The notes: generated from the letters alone by a model not told the origin. A DNA stretch of 64,000 nucleotides from an uncultured Chloroflexia bacterium (GCA_963728205.1 CAVSIV010000006.1:928001-992000), one strand, 5' to 3'. Shown: positions 39,566 through 53,806, counted from the first letter of the stretch. Numbers and translations: made by a program.

Positions 39566-40098
39566 TATTCCCCCGCCTCGGTGTAGCCCATGCCCTCGCC
39601 CTGCAGGACCTCGATCTCCGCGAGCGGATGGTCCTTGCGCAGCGGGAACGTGTCGGTCATGTCCTCCGGCATGAGGAGATTGCGCGGGTCCGGGTGCCCC
39701 TCGAAGCGCACGCCGAACATCTCCATCACCTCGCGCTCGAGCCAGTTCGCGGCGCGCCAGACCACGGTCGCCGTGTCCACCGTGAGGTCGTCGTTCGGCA
39801 GCGTCGTCTTCACCGTGAGGTTGTGGTTCGTCGTCGTCGAGTACAGGTGGTACACGACGTCGATGCCATCTTCCTCGTTGTCGACGGCGGTCAGGCAACG
39901 CAGGTAGTCGAAGCGGAGGCCGTCGGCGCCCTTCAGTCGACGCAGCGCGGCGACGACCTCGTCGCGCGGCACGTGCGCGATTAGGTCGAGCGCGCCGCGC
40001 TCGGGCGTCACGTCGACGCCGGCCAGCGCGGCGTCGACCGCGGGCCAGATCGTGTCGTCGAGCGAGGGGGCGGCTGGCTGCGAGTCTTCAGTCGTCAC
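39565..40098 (-). CDS. nuoC: NADH-quinone oxidoreductase subunit C
   Basis: [25 protein letters not shown]. Confidence 0.93.
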   Translation of the reverse strand: MTTEDSQPAAPSLDDTIWPAVDAALAGVDVTPERGALDLIAHVPRDEVVAALRRLKGADGLRFDYLRCLTAVDNEEDGIDVVYHLYSTTTNHNLTVKTTLPNDDLTVDTATVVWRAANWLEREVMEMFGVRFEGHPDPRNLLMPEDMTDTFPLRKDHPLAEIEVLQGEGMGYTEAGE

Positions 40099-40736
40099 GC
40101 GCGGCCCGTGGCCTTCCGCTCCTCCATGATCATGCCCTGGAGAGCGAGGAAGGCATCGATCAGCGCTTCCGGCCGCGGCGGGCACCCGGGTACGTAGACG
40201 TCCACCGGGATCACTTTGTCGACGCCCTGCAACACGCGGTCGTACCGCGTGTACGGGCCGCCGTTCGTCGCACACGCCCCCATCGAGATCACCCACTTGG
40301 GGTTGGGCATCTGCTCGTAGAGGAGCTTCACCGCCGGCGCCATCTTCTTGGTGACGGTGCCGGCCACGATCATCACGTCGGACTGCCGCGGCGACGGCCA
40401 CGGCACGATGCCGAAGCGGTCGAGGTCGTAGTGCGACATATAGGTCGCGATCATCTCGATGGCGCAACAGGCGAGCCCGAAGGTCATCGGCCAGAGCGAC
40501 GACTTGCGCGCCGCGGCCAGCACGAGGTCGGCCGGCACCTGCATCACGCCCGGCAGGATCTGCTTGTAGAGCGCCTGGCCGGGGTGCACCTCGACCGGTG
40601 TGAGGCGCGGCGCTTCCGCCGGGTGCTCGCCCGGGATCTCGGGGACGGCCGGCTCGGCGGGCGCCGGCGGCGCGACCGGGGCGGGCGTCGTGACGGGCGC
40701 GGGTTCGGTGGTGACGTCGGTGGGCGTTATCGCCAT
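40095..40736 (-). CDS. nuoB: NADH-quinone oxidoreductase subunit B
   Basis: [29 protein letters not shown]. Confidence 0.96.
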   Translation of the reverse strand: MAITPTDVTTEPAPVTTPAPVAPPAPAEPAVPEIPGEHPAEAPRLTPVEVHPGQALYKQILPGVMQVPADLVLAAARKSSLWPMTFGLACCAIEMIATYMSHYDLDRFGIVPWPSPRQSDVMIVAGTVTKKMAPAVKLLYEQMPNPKWVISMGACATNGGPYTRYDRVLQGVDKVIPVDVYVPGCPPRPEALIDAFLALQGMIMEERKATGRA

Positions 40737-41107
40737 TGCAGGGCCCCCTTCTTCCAGGCGTATCCGAGGCCCGCGGCGAGAATCAGGATGAACACGACCA
40801 TCGCCCAGTACGCCATCGCGCCGATCCCCACGAAGGACAGCGCCCACGGGAAGATGAAGACGGCTTCGACGTCGAAGATGATGAAGAGGATCGCGTACAG
40901 GTAGAACCGCATCCCGATGTTCGTGCTGGCACGCCGAATCGGCAGCATGCCGCACTCGTAGGTCGTGCCCTTCTCGCGCTCCTTCGAGAACGGAGCGAGC
41001 AGCCGCGACCCGACCAGGGCCGAGATGACGAGCACGAATCCAATACAGGTAGCGATCAGGACCGGCAGGTAGTTGCTGTAGAGCTGGCTGATCTGCTGAG
41101 GTTCCAC
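40727..41107 (-). CDS. nuoA: NADH-quinone oxidoreductase subunit A
   Basis: [27 protein letters not shown]. Confidence 0.95.
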   Translation of the reverse strand: MEPQQISQLYSNYLPVLIATCIGFVLVISALVGSRLLAPFSKEREKGTTYECGMLPIRRASTNIGMRFYLYAILFIIFDVEAVFIFPWALSFVGIGAMAYWAMVVFILILAAGLGYAWKKGALQWR

Positions 41108-41300
41108 CAGTCTCCTGCTCTCACCGCGGTGCGGTTTGGCAAGTGATCCGAGGCACGATCAGGCGTCGCGCGGGACGCGCACCGGGCAGTTCGGCCTGAC
41201 CGTAGCAACGGTCCATTTCAGTGTCAACGAACGGCGAATCGGCCTGAACAGTACCGCGCCGCGCGCCTACGCGAACCTGAGTGCGCGCGCGGCGCCGGCG

Positions 41301-43979
41301 TTACCCCAGCTCCACGAGGCTCGCGCGCAGCCCGTCGAGCCGCCCCCGCGCCGTCGCGAGCCGCTCCTCCTCCTTCGCCACGACCGCGGCCGGCGCCTTC
41401 GCGCGGAACTGCTCGTTCCCGAGCTTCCGCTGCTGGCGCTCCACCTCGCCCTCGGCCTCGGCGATCTGCTTCCGCAGCCGCTCGCGCTCGACGTCGAGGT
41501 CGAACAGCCCGGCCATCGGCAGCACGACGCTGCCGACATCGAGCACGCTCGTCACGACCCCCTCGCTCGGCGTCTCGTCCGCCGACGCCACCACGTGCAG
41601 CGGACGTGCGCGCGCCAGCTGCTCGATCGCCGTCGCGAGCGCGGCCGCCGTGCCCGCGGCTTCGCCGCCCACCACGTACGCCTCCACCCATCGTCCCGCG
41701 TCGACGCGCTTCTCGGCGCGCACGTTGCGGATCGCGCGCACGAAGTCCTGCACCGCCGCCAGCTGGCGCTCCGCCTCCTCGTCCCGCACGCCTGCGCCGG
41801 GCCGCGGGTAGCGCGCCACGATCAGCGCGGTCGCACCCTCCGGATCCGGGTGCACCACCGTGAGCCGCTGCCAGATCTCCTCGGTGACGAAGGGGAGGAA
41901 CGGGTGCAGCAGCCGCAGGATCTGGTCGAGCACGTGCGCCAGCACGGGCAGCGGCGTGCGGTCCCCGGCGCGCACGCGCACCTTCGCCAGCTCGATGTAC
42001 CAGTCCGCGAACTCGTCCCAGAAGAAGTCGCGCGCCTGGCGCAGCGCCTCGGCCAGCTCGAACTTGCCGAGCAGCGCGTCGACGTCGCCGACCACACGCT
42101 CCAGCCGCGAGAGGATCCACCGGTCCTCGATCGCGCCTGTCTTGGCCGGTAACGACAGGTCATCGCCGTCCTCGACCATCATGATCGCGAACCGCGAGGC
42201 GTTCCACAGCTTGTTCGCCAGGTTGCGGCCCGCCTCGAGCCGGTCGTCGGTGAGACGCTGGTCGTTGCCCGGCGACGTCCCGGAGACGAGCGCGTAGCGC
42301 AGCGCGTCGGTGCCGAAGCGCTCCACGAGCGACAGCGGGTCGACGACGTTGCCCTTCGACTTCGACATCTTCTGGCCGTCGGGGGCGCGCACCAGGCCGT
42401 GCAGGTAGACGTGCTCGAACGGCACGACGCCGTTCATGTTGTAGAGCGACAGCATGATCATCCGGGCCACCCAGAAGAAGATGATGTCGTAGCCGGTCTC
42501 CATCACCTGCGTCGGGTAGTAACGGCGCAGCCACGCCGTCTCGTCCGGCCACCCCAGCGTCGAGTGCGGCCACAGCCCCGACGAGAACCACGTGTCGAGC
42601 GTGTCCTCGTCCTGCCGCAGCCCCTCGGCGCCGCAGTGCGCGCACGCCGTCGGGTCTTCGATCGCGACCGTGATCTCGTCGCAGGCGTCGCAGTACCAGA
42701 CCGGGATGCGGTGTCCCCACCAGATCTGGCGGCTGATGCACCAGTCGCGGATGTGCTCCATCCACTGCATGTACGTGCGCTCGAAGCGCTGCGGCACGAA
42801 CTGGATGCGGCCGTCGCGCACGGCCTCGATCGCCGGCCGCGCCAGCGCGTCGGTCTTCACCCACCACTGCAGCGAGATGATCGGCTCGACGATCGTGCCC
42901 GACCGCTGGCAGTGGCCGACCGAGTGCGTGTACGGCTCGACGCGCTCCAGGAGGCCGCGTGCCTCGAGGTCCGCGACGATCTTCGTGCGCGCCTCGAAGC
43001 GCGGCAGACCGCCGTACGGCTCCGCGGCGTCGTTCAGCGTCCCGTCGAGGTTCATGATGCTGATGATCGGCAGCCCGTGACGCTCGCCGATCTCGAAGTC
43101 GGTGGGGTCGTGGCCGGGCGTCACCTTCAGCGCCCCCGAGCCCGCCGCGATGTCGACCGCCGCGTCCGGGATGATCGGGATGGACCGACCGTTCGTGGGC
43201 ACGGCCACGCGCTTGCCGATCATGCCCGCGTAGCGCGGATCCTCCGGGTTCACGGCCACGGCCGTGTCGGCGGGGATCGTCTCCGGGCGCGTCGTCGCGA
43301 TCACGATGTGCTCGGCCGTCTCGTCACCGGCGTCGTCGAGCACCGGGTAGCGCACGTGCCAGAACGAGCCGGGCTCGTCGTCGTACTCGACCTCGAGGTC
43401 GCTGAGCGCCGTGCGGCAGTCGATGCACCAGTTGATCAGCCGCTCCCCGCGGTAGATCAGGCCGTCGTCGTAGAGGTGCTTGAAGGTCGTGCGCACGGAC
43501 CGTTCGCGGTGCGCGTCCATCGTGAACGCCTCGGCGCTCCAGTCCGCCGACGCGCCGAGCCGGCGGTGCTGCTGCGCGATGCGCGAACGCGACCGCCCGA
43601 CGAACTGCCATACGCGCTCGAGGAACGCGTCGCGGCCGATCTCGTGGCGCGTCAGCCCCTCGCGCGCGAGGTCGCGCTCGACGAGCGCGTTCACCGCGAT
43701 CGCGGCGTGGTCGACGCCCGGCAGCCACAGCGTGTCGTCGCCGCGCATGCGGTGCCAGCGCGTCAGCGCGTCCTCGATCGACACCGTGAGCCCGTGTCCG
43801 AGGTGCAGTTCACCGGTGAGGTTCGGCGGCGGCATGATGATGGTGAACGTCGGCCCGGAGCCGCTCGGCTTGAAGAAGCCGCTCTGCTCCCACCACTCGT
43901 AGAGGTGCTCCTCGACGTCGCGCGGCGTGTACGCCGTCGTCATCTCGCGCGGATCGATGTCGGCTTCGGGGGCGGTCAT
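41301..43979 (-). CDS. valS: Valine--tRNA ligase
   Basis: PPPNLTGELHLGH, DWCISRQIWWGHRIP, KMSKS, C-terminal coiled coil. Start 44000, 43979 or 43943. Confidence 0.97.
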   Translation of the reverse strand: MTAPEADIDPREMTTAYTPRDVEEHLYEWWEQSGFFKPSGSGPTFTIIMPPPNLTGELHLGHGLTVSIEDALTRWHRMRGDDTLWLPGVDHAAIAVNALVERDLAREGLTRHEIGRDAFLERVWQFVGRSRSRIAQQHRRLGASADWSAEAFTMDAHRERSVRTTFKHLYDDGLIYRGERLINWCIDCRTALSDLEVEYDDEPGSFWHVRYPVLDDAGDETAEHIVIATTRPETIPADTAVAVNPEDPRYAGMIGKRVAVPTNGRSIPIIPDAAVDIAAGSGALKVTPGHDPTDFEIGERHGLPIISIMNLDGTLNDAAEPYGGLPRFEARTKIVADLEARGLLERVEPYTHSVGHCQRSGTIVEPIISLQWWVKTDALARPAIEAVRDGRIQFVPQRFERTYMQWMEHIRDWCISRQIWWGHRIPVWYCDACDEITVAIEDPTACAHCGAEGLRQDEDTLDTWFSSGLWPHSTLGWPDETAWLRRYYPTQVMETGYDIIFFWVARMIMLSLYNMNGVVPFEHVYLHGLVRAPDGQKMSKSKGNVVDPLSLVERFGTDALRYALVSGTSPGNDQRLTDDRLEAGRNLANKLWNASRFAIMMVEDGDDLSLPAKTGAIEDRWILSRLERVVGDVDALLGKFELAEALRQARDFFWDEFADWYIELAKVRVRAGDRTPLPVLAHVLDQILRLLHPFLPFVTEEIWQRLTVVHPDPEGATALIVARYPRPGAGVRDEEAERQLAAVQDFVRAIRNVRAEKRVDAGRWVEAYVVGGEAAGTAAALATAIEQLARARPLHVVASADETPSEGVVTSVLDVGSVVLPMAGLFDLDVERERLRKQIAEAEGEVERQQRKLGNEQFRAKAPAAVVAKEEERLATARGRLDGLRASLVELG

Positions 43980-44055
43980 CGGCGGCCTCGTGTCGTGCAT
44001 GTCGCATGGTGGCGCGCGGCGGCGGAGCGGTGTCGTGCCCCGCCGACGCGGGACA

Positions 44056-44082
44056 CGAAAACGCCCCGCTGAGCGGGGCGTT
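44056..44082 (-). terminator. Intrinsic terminator in the valS leader
   Basis: Minus strand AACGCCCCGC-TCA-GCGGGGCGTT-TTCG (hairpin plus short U tract). Confidence 0.75.
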
Positions 44083-44132
44083 CGCGGCAGCGTTGAGTCG
44101 TCGTCCCGCGGGGGGGCGCGTCCTCGCTGCCG

Positions 44133-44165
44133 CTACCGTACTACGACGCGTGCGCTGATTCGCAT
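44133..44165 (-). CDS. Putative valS attenuation leader peptide MRISARVVVR
   Basis: ATG CGA ATC AGC GCA CGC GTC GTA GTA CGG TAG: three consecutive Val codons, upstream of a terminator and valS. Confidence 0.7.
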   Translation of the reverse strand: MRISARVVVR

Positions 44166-44224
44166 CAGACGGCGATCGTAGACGGGGCGATCCGGCGGGT
44201 CAACGCGACGCCTCGGTGCGTCGT

Positions 44225-44704
44225 CTAGAACGGCAGCATGCGACGCAGGCGGCCGGGCCGGCTCGCGCGCGTCGCGCGCTCGCGCGCGCGCTTCGCGCCG
44301 CGCTCGATCTCGCGCCGGCTCGGCATCACGTGCTCGACGCGGTCGCGCAGCGCGTCGACGTCGACGCCCTCCAGCGACGAGGCTGCCTCGGCCGCCGCCG
44401 CCAGCTGCCGGCGCATCGCCTCGGCCGCGCGCTCGCGCCGCGACGGGCGCCGTCGCGACCGCGCGAAGAGCCAGCCGGCGATGCCGAGCGCGAGCAGCGC
44501 GGCGCCGCCGACGATCCACTTCATCGACGATCCGCGGCTGCCGGCGTCCTCCGCATCCCAGGTGTACGCGGAGGTTGGCTGCCCGTACGGCGGCTGGGCG
44601 CCCGGCTCACGCTCGTGCATCGCCAGGGCCTCGTCCGCCTGCGGCCCCTCGCCGGCCGCGTCCTCGTTCGGGACCGTGGGGCGGGATATGAACTGGTCGA
44701 CCAT
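44225..44704 (-). CDS. Hypothetical single-TM protein
   Basis: GGGAGG RBS, MVDQF start, one TM (WIVGGAALLALGIAGWLF) and a basic tail. Confidence 0.6.
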   Translation of the reverse strand: MVDQFISRPTVPNEDAAGEGPQADEALAMHEREPGAQPPYGQPTSAYTWDAEDAGSRGSSMKWIVGGAALLALGIAGWLFARSRRRPSRRERAAEAMRRQLAAAAEAASSLEGVDVDALRDRVEHVMPSRREIERGAKRARERATRASRPGRLRRMLPF

Positions 44705-44865
44705 CGGGACCTCCCTTCGGCGAAACCGACTTCCAACGTACCACCCGCGCGTTCGCCCTCCGCGCGGAGTCGGTTCACCGCAGGCCGGGCAGGCCGTAGG
44801 CTCCGGCCTGCTCCGCACGGGCGGTCGCCCGGGCCGGACGGCAGCGCGAGCGAGGGGGAACGCAC

Positions 44866-45393
44866 ATGCTGACCAGGGGACTCGGCTACCCGGCGGTCAT
44901 CGTCCGCAACATGGAGGAGTCCCTCGACTTCTACCGCAAGCTCGGGCTGCAGTTCCTCTACCTCGAACCCAACCGCGACGACCCGGAATCGGTGCAGGCG
45001 CTCCTCGGCGCCGGCAACGGCACGTTCCTCCTGCTCATCGGCCCGGTCGATCCGAACCTCAAGCTCGCCGACGCGTCGCTCGGCGTCGGCTCGATGCAGT
45101 ACCTCACGTTCCAGGTGGACGGCGGCGCGATGGACCGCATGTTCGACGAGATGTCGCGCGCCGGTCTGCATGGCTCCGAGCAGATCGAGCGCGGCTACGA
45201 GCGGCTCGTGTTCATGGAGGATCCGAACGGCACGCTGATCCTGCTCACGGCCTGGGTGACCGAACCGCCGGCGGGCATGGACCGCGCGCGCATCCTCGCG
45301 CGCGCCGCCGCGTTCCGCGACGCCGACGGCACGCCGTTCGTCGAGGACTCCCACGTACGGCGCGCGATCGCGGAGCTGCAGGCGACGAGCTGA
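44866..45393 (+). CDS. VOC/glyoxalase family protein
   Basis: VRNMEESLDFYRKLG and FMEDPNG motifs. Confidence 0.85.
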   Translation: MLTRGLGYPAVIVRNMEESLDFYRKLGLQFLYLEPNRDDPESVQALLGAGNGTFLLLIGPVDPNLKLADASLGVGSMQYLTFQVDGGAMDRMFDEMSRAGLHGSEQIERGYERLVFMEDPNGTLILLTAWVTEPPAGMDRARILARAAAFRDADGTPFVEDSHVRRAIAELQATS

Positions 45394-45406
45394 GGAGCGC
45401 GCCCGG

Positions 45407-45766
45407 TCAGAAAGCGAACTTCACGGCCTGGCCGGCATCGAGCATCACCTGCGCGAAGTCCCGGCCATCGGGCAGGGTGATCGACCCGTCGAACCGGCCG
45501 CCGTACTTGTCCCATCCGTGACTCACTACCCGCACCCGCGCGCCGACCGGCAGCAGGTTCTGCGCGAACGCGAGCGACGCTCTGCCTGCCTTCGTGCGCA
45601 GCTCCGGCGCGTTGATGCCGAACACGCGGCATGCCAGGCGTGGGCGGTTATCGAGGTCGTGGCTCGAGATCAGGTGATCGAACCCGAGGTCGATCGACAG
45701 GTAGACGGTGTCGCCGTCGTGCACGAGATCGACACGCGCGGGGAATGGACCGAAGGTTTGCGGCAT
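45407..45766 (-). CDS. Thermonuclease (SNase-like) family protein
   Basis: VHDGDT, IDLGF, RVFGINAPE, DKYGGR motifs. Confidence 0.85.
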   Translation of the reverse strand: MPQTFGPFPARVDLVHDGDTVYLSIDLGFDHLISSHDLDNRPRLACRVFGINAPELRTKAGRASLAFAQNLLPVGARVRVVSHGWDKYGGRFDGSITLPDGRDFAQVMLDAGQAVKFAF

Positions 45767-45906
45767 CGAGGGTTCGCCGTTTCGCTGCGCTCCGGCCCTC
45801 GCCCTGTTCGCGCGGCATTATGCCACGCGCCCGCTCGGGGCCCCCTCGTGCCCGCGGCGGGCGCGCTCCTCGGATCGGACCTCACGCCCGGGCGGCGCGC
45901 GGCGGC

Positions 45907-47091
45907 CTAGCCCCCGATGCTCGCGCAGGCGTCGGTGCTCATCGCCACCGAATTCCCCACCACTGCCCAGTGGCCGTCGCGCGAGAAGAAGCCGGGCGCG
46001 GGCAGCACCGTCGTGTACTGCAGCGTCGACGGGTCGAGGACCGCGCGCGCCGCGCCGAGGTTGCCGCCGAGCGCGAGGCCCGGCACGCCCGCCGGCGACG
46101 GCGCCAGCGCCGTGGTGAGCGCGTCGAGCGTGCCGGCGGCGGGATCGTAGAGCAGCACGCGCGCCGCCGCGTCGGCGCACGCCGCGCGGTCGCCGATCGC
46201 GATGCGGCCGTCGTCGAGCGCGACCACGGGCGGCATGGCGCGCGGCGGCGCGTGCACGGTTGCCACGAAGATGGCGGCCGTCGCACCCGCGTCGATCCGG
46301 TAGACGTTGGCCGTCCCGCTCGAGTTGCGCAGCACCGCGAGCACCGACGGCCGGCCGTCGATCGCGAACACGAGCGACGCGTCGAACGCCAGTGCGGGAC
46401 TGCCTTCGTCGGGCACGAGCTGCCACGTGTAGAGCAGCGGGGCCTTCTTGCTGGCCGCGCCGCGCGCGAGCACGAAACCCGCGGGGTAGTGGGTGCGCAT
46501 CGCGTCGGTCGCGGGCTCGTCCGCCGCGGCCTTGCCCGTGGCGAGGCTGACGTCGTGCTGCGCGAGCTTGCCGGCGGCGAGTGTCGCCAGCCGCAGCGTG
46601 CCGCCGGGGCCGAAGCTCGCGGCCGCGGCGTCGCCGTACGACGTGCGACGCATCGTCGCGAGGTCGAGCACCCACACCTGGGAGTTCGCGACCTTGTTCG
46701 TCCCGGCGTCCGGGCCAACCTGCCACGTGAGGTGGGTGCCGTCGCTGCTGAACGGCATGCCAAAGCCGATCGCGCCGTCGCCGAGGTTCGTGGCCTTTCC
46801 GGTGCGCAGGTCGTAGAGCATCACCGAGTGGCCGTCCCACGCCGGGAACGTCGACGCCGGCGGCGCGGCCAGCGCGCGCGTGGTCGCGACGGTCGTGTCG
46901 GCGGGTTGGATCGAGAGGCCGGTCACGTCCTCCACCGGGCCGCTGTAGGCAGGCGCGTCCTGCGCGAGCGCGTACGGGGTCGGCGTTCCCGGGCCCGCAA
47001 GCGTGGCCGTGGCGGATGGTCGGCCGGAGCCGCATGCGGCAAGCAGGACCACGAGGGCAGCGGCCGGTGCCGCGAGGATGATTCGTCGCAT
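45907..47091 (-). CDS. Hypothetical lipoprotein, possible beta-propeller
   Basis: Lipobox LAAC. Repeated LYDL/VLDL/LLYD strands and FSSDG/FSRDG motifs. Confidence 0.65.
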   Translation of the reverse strand: MRRIILAAPAAALVVLLAACGSGRPSATATLAGPGTPTPYALAQDAPAYSGPVEDVTGLSIQPADTTVATTRALAAPPASTFPAWDGHSVMLYDLRTGKATNLGDGAIGFGMPFSSDGTHLTWQVGPDAGTNKVANSQVWVLDLATMRRTSYGDAAAASFGPGGTLRLATLAAGKLAQHDVSLATGKAAADEPATDAMRTHYPAGFVLARGAASKKAPLLYTWQLVPDEGSPALAFDASLVFAIDGRPSVLAVLRNSSGTANVYRIDAGATAAIFVATVHAPPRAMPPVVALDDGRIAIGDRAACADAAARVLLYDPAAGTLDALTTALAPSPAGVPGLALGGNLGAARAVLDPSTLQYTTVLPAPGFFSRDGHWAVVGNSVAMSTDACASIGG

Positions 47092-47277
47092 CGCAGGTTC
47101 CGTTCGGGCGCGCGCACGTGCGCCGGCTCGTGGGACGCGAGTGATCATCGACGCGCCGGACGCGCGCCTTCAGGGCGTCGGCGAATCGGCAGCTGCGCAC
47201 GGGGCGTACGAACCGGAAAGCGGACCGATCGCCGCCCATCTGCCGTCGCCCGCTAGTCTGGGCGAGGAGGCGCGCAC

Positions 47278-47799
47278 ATGCCCGACGCGAGGCTCCGCGT
47301 CGTCCGCGGCGACATCACGCGACAGCACGTCGACGCGATCGTCAACGCCGCGAATCGGTCGCTGCTGGGCGGGGGCGGCGTGGACGGTGCGATCCACCGA
47401 GCGGCCGGTCCCGAGCTGCTGGCGGAGTGCCGCCGGGTCGGCGGCTGCCCCACGGGCGAGGTGCGCGTGACCGCGGGCTACCGCCTGCCTGCCCGCTGGG
47501 TGATCCACGCCGTAGGCCCGGTGTGGTCGGGCGGCCGCGCCGGCGAGGACGCGCTGCTCGCCTCGTGCTACCGCAAGGCGCTGGAGGCGGCGGCGGCGGT
47601 CGGCGCACGCAGCGTCGCGTTCCCGTCGATCAGCACGGGCATCTACGGCTTCCCGCTCGACCGCGCCGCGCCGATCGCGGTGCGCGAGGTGCGCGCGTTC
47701 ATGGAGGGCGACCCCGGCGACGCGATCGACCGCGTGGTGTTCGTCTGCTTCGACGCGCGTACCGAAGAGGCGTACCGCGCCCTCGTCACCCCCGAGTAA
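47278..47799 (+). CDS. Macro-domain O-acetyl-ADP-ribose deacetylase (YmdB-like)
   Basis: [38 protein letters not shown]. Confidence 0.95.
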   Translation: MPDARLRVVRGDITRQHVDAIVNAANRSLLGGGGVDGAIHRAAGPELLAECRRVGGCPTGEVRVTAGYRLPARWVIHAVGPVWSGGRAGEDALLASCYRKALEAAAAVGARSVAFPSISTGIYGFPLDRAAPIAVREVRAFMEGDPGDAIDRVVFVCFDARTEEAYRALVTPE

Positions 47800-48051
47800 G
47801 TCGCCAGTGGCGGCAGACCACCCCGCAGTCGTCCGCGCGCCGCCAGACGCAGCGTCCGACCCTGCCGCTGCCCGAGCGCCCACACCGTCGTCCAGCCGCC
47901 TCTGCCCGAGCGCGCGCCGACGGATCGCGTGCCCGGCGCCACCCGATACGCGAGGAGGAGAACAGAGCGCGGCGAAACACAGCCGCGCGCTCGACCGGCC
48001 GTGGACAGACGGGACTCGCAGCGGCCCGCGTCGAGCCCGCGACACCCCGCG

Positions 48052-49227
48052 CTACCCGCGCGGCAAGCCGAGTCCGCGCTGCGCGATGATGTTGCGCTGG
48101 ATTTCCGACGTGCCGGCCGCGATCGTGCTGCTCACCGCGTTCATGTAGGCACGCGCGAACGCGCCGCCGAGCTTCGCGTGCGGCGACCCCGGCACCACCT
48201 GGCCGTCGAGGCCGAGCAGGTGCATCCCCGTACCCGCGATGCGCTGCGACAGCTCGGAGCCGTACAGCTTCGAGACGCTCGCCTCGTGGTTCGGGATCAC
48301 GCCCTGCGACTGCAGGTACGGGATGCGATACGCGACGTTGAAGCCCACTTGAAGTTCGATCCAGCGGTCGGCCAGCTCGAAGCGCGCGCTCGGGTTGCGC
48401 TCGAGCAGCGACGCGTCGCCCTTCGCCGCACCCACCAGCCGCTCGATGTTCCGCTTGCCGGCGGCGTACGCACCCACCCCCGAGCGCTCGAAGTCGAGCG
48501 CCGTCGCGACCTGGTACCAGCCGCGGTTCTCCGTGCCGACGAGGTTCTCCGCCGGGATGCGGACGTCCTCGAAGTAGACCTCGTTGAAGTTGTGCTCGCC
48601 GGCGAGGTTGGGCAGCGGGCGCACGCTGATGCCCGGCGCGTCCATCGGCACGACGAAGGTCGAGATCCCGCGGTGCTTCGGCGCGTTGGGGTCGGTGCGG
48701 GCGGCGAGCCAGCCCATGTTCGCGGTGTGCCCGCCGGAGGTCCAGATCTTCTGGCCGTTGATCACGTACTCGTCGCCGTCGCGCACGGCGCGCGTCTGCA
48801 GCGCCGCGAGGTCCGACCCGGCGCCCGGCTCGGAGTAAAGCGTGCACCAGATGTCGTCGCCGTTGGTGATGCGCGGGAGGTACTGCTCCTTCTGCTCGTC
48901 GTTGCCGTAGAGCATGATCGCCGGGCCGACCCACGCCACGCCCATCCCGCCGCCGCCCGGCATCGCCGAGTAGCTCGTCTCCTCGTTGTAGATGAGCTGC
49001 TGCATGTGGCCCGCGTCGAGCCCGCCGAACTCCTTCGGCCACGCCATCGCCAGCCACTGGCGGTCGGCGAGTGCCTTCGTCACGCGACGCGCCATCTCCG
49101 AGCGCTCATCGGTCTCGACGTCGCCCACGAACGAGCGGTCGGCCCAGTCGGCCGGCAGCTGCGCGTCCAGGAACCGGCGCACCTCGGCGCGGAATCGCTC
49201 TTCATCGGCGTTGAACTGGAAGTCCAT
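48052..49227 (-). CDS. Acyl-CoA dehydrogenase family protein
   Basis: YSEPGAGSDLAAL, NGQKIWTS, TIAAGTSEIQRNII. Paralog of 4793-6040. Confidence 0.95.
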   Translation of the reverse strand: MDFQFNADEERFRAEVRRFLDAQLPADWADRSFVGDVETDERSEMARRVTKALADRQWLAMAWPKEFGGLDAGHMQQLIYNEETSYSAMPGGGGMGVAWVGPAIMLYGNDEQKEQYLPRITNGDDIWCTLYSEPGAGSDLAALQTRAVRDGDEYVINGQKIWTSGGHTANMGWLAARTDPNAPKHRGISTFVVPMDAPGISVRPLPNLAGEHNFNEVYFEDVRIPAENLVGTENRGWYQVATALDFERSGVGAYAAGKRNIERLVGAAKGDASLLERNPSARFELADRWIELQVGFNVAYRIPYLQSQGVIPNHEASVSKLYGSELSQRIAGTGMHLLGLDGQVVPGSPHAKLGGAFARAYMNAVSSTIAAGTSEIQRNIIAQRGLGLPRG

Positions 49228-49403
49228 CGCGGGCTCCTCGGGCTGCACACGGGAAAGACGTCGGCCGGGCACGCGGACCCGGCGAGACGGGCGAACCGGG
49301 GCGAATCTGATGGTCGCGCGAGGAGTGCCGCGTGGCCCCGCGCCCCCTGGTGGGGTGGATGGTACCATCCGGGCCGGTGAACAGAACTGCGCGGGGGCCC
49401 CAG

Positions 49404-50348
<945 letters not shown>

Positions 50349-50548
50349 CGAGCCCCGGCGAACGGCTCCGCGTCGGCGGGATGAGCAACCGCACCACCGA
50401 GCCGCGCCACCTCCCCCGCTCCCCACCCTCCGCGCGCACCCCACCCTCCGCGCGCTGACCCCCGCGAGCGGGTAGCCGCCGCCTCTCCGCTCGTTACACT
50501 GGTGCGACGGGGTTTTCCCCCCACCCACCCCCGTGAAACGGACATCAC

Positions 50549-53150
<2,602 letters not shown>

Positions 53151-53240
53151 CGACGTGCTGACGCGCTCCGCGTCCGGGCGAGCCGCCGGCAGGCTCCGGC
53201 GGCTCTCTCCATGCCCCGAGCGCCCGGCCGGGGCCCGCCG

Positions 53241-53784
53241 ATGATGAACTTCAACCTGCCGCCCGAGATTCTGGCTCGTCACGGGCGTGCCCGGCGCCGG
53301 CAAGAGCACCGTCGCGCGCGCCCTCGCAGCGCGCTTCGAGCGCGCCGCGCACGTCGAGGGCGAGGCGCTCTGGCGCCAGATCGTCAGCGGCGCCGCGTGG
53401 CCCGAGCGCGAGCTCGGGGGCGACTCCGAGCGCCAGTACGAGCTCTCGATTCGCAACCAGTGCCTGCTCGCGCGGTCCTACGCCGAGGCAGGGTTCCTGC
53501 CGGTGATGGACTTCGTCGTCGTCACGCGCTTCCACCTCGACGCTTACCGGCATTACCTGGCCGGCGGCGCGCTCCGCCTCGCCGTGCTCGCCCCGCGCGC
53601 CGAGGTCGTGACCGCGCGCGACGCGGCCCGCGCGAAGCCCGTCGGCGACCGCTTCGCGCACCTCGACGCGACCCTCCGCGCAGAGCTCGCGGGCCTGGGA
53701 GCCTGGGTCGACTCCAGCGACCTCGACGTGGCGGCAACGGTCGACGCGATCCTCGAACGGCGCAAGCAGGCGCTGCTGAAGTAG
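53241..53784 (+). CDS. P-loop kinase/AAA-family protein (frameshift near 53270)
   Basis: MMNFNLPPEI joins WLVTGVPGAGKST if one T is removed. Nucleotide-kinase-like fold. Confidence 0.75.
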
Positions 53785-53806
53785 TCCCCCGGTACAATGT
53801 CCATCT

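Noticed and set aside
44000-44220. T-box riboswitch upstream of valS
   Set aside because: No T-box consensus or stem I seen; the leader-peptide model fits better.
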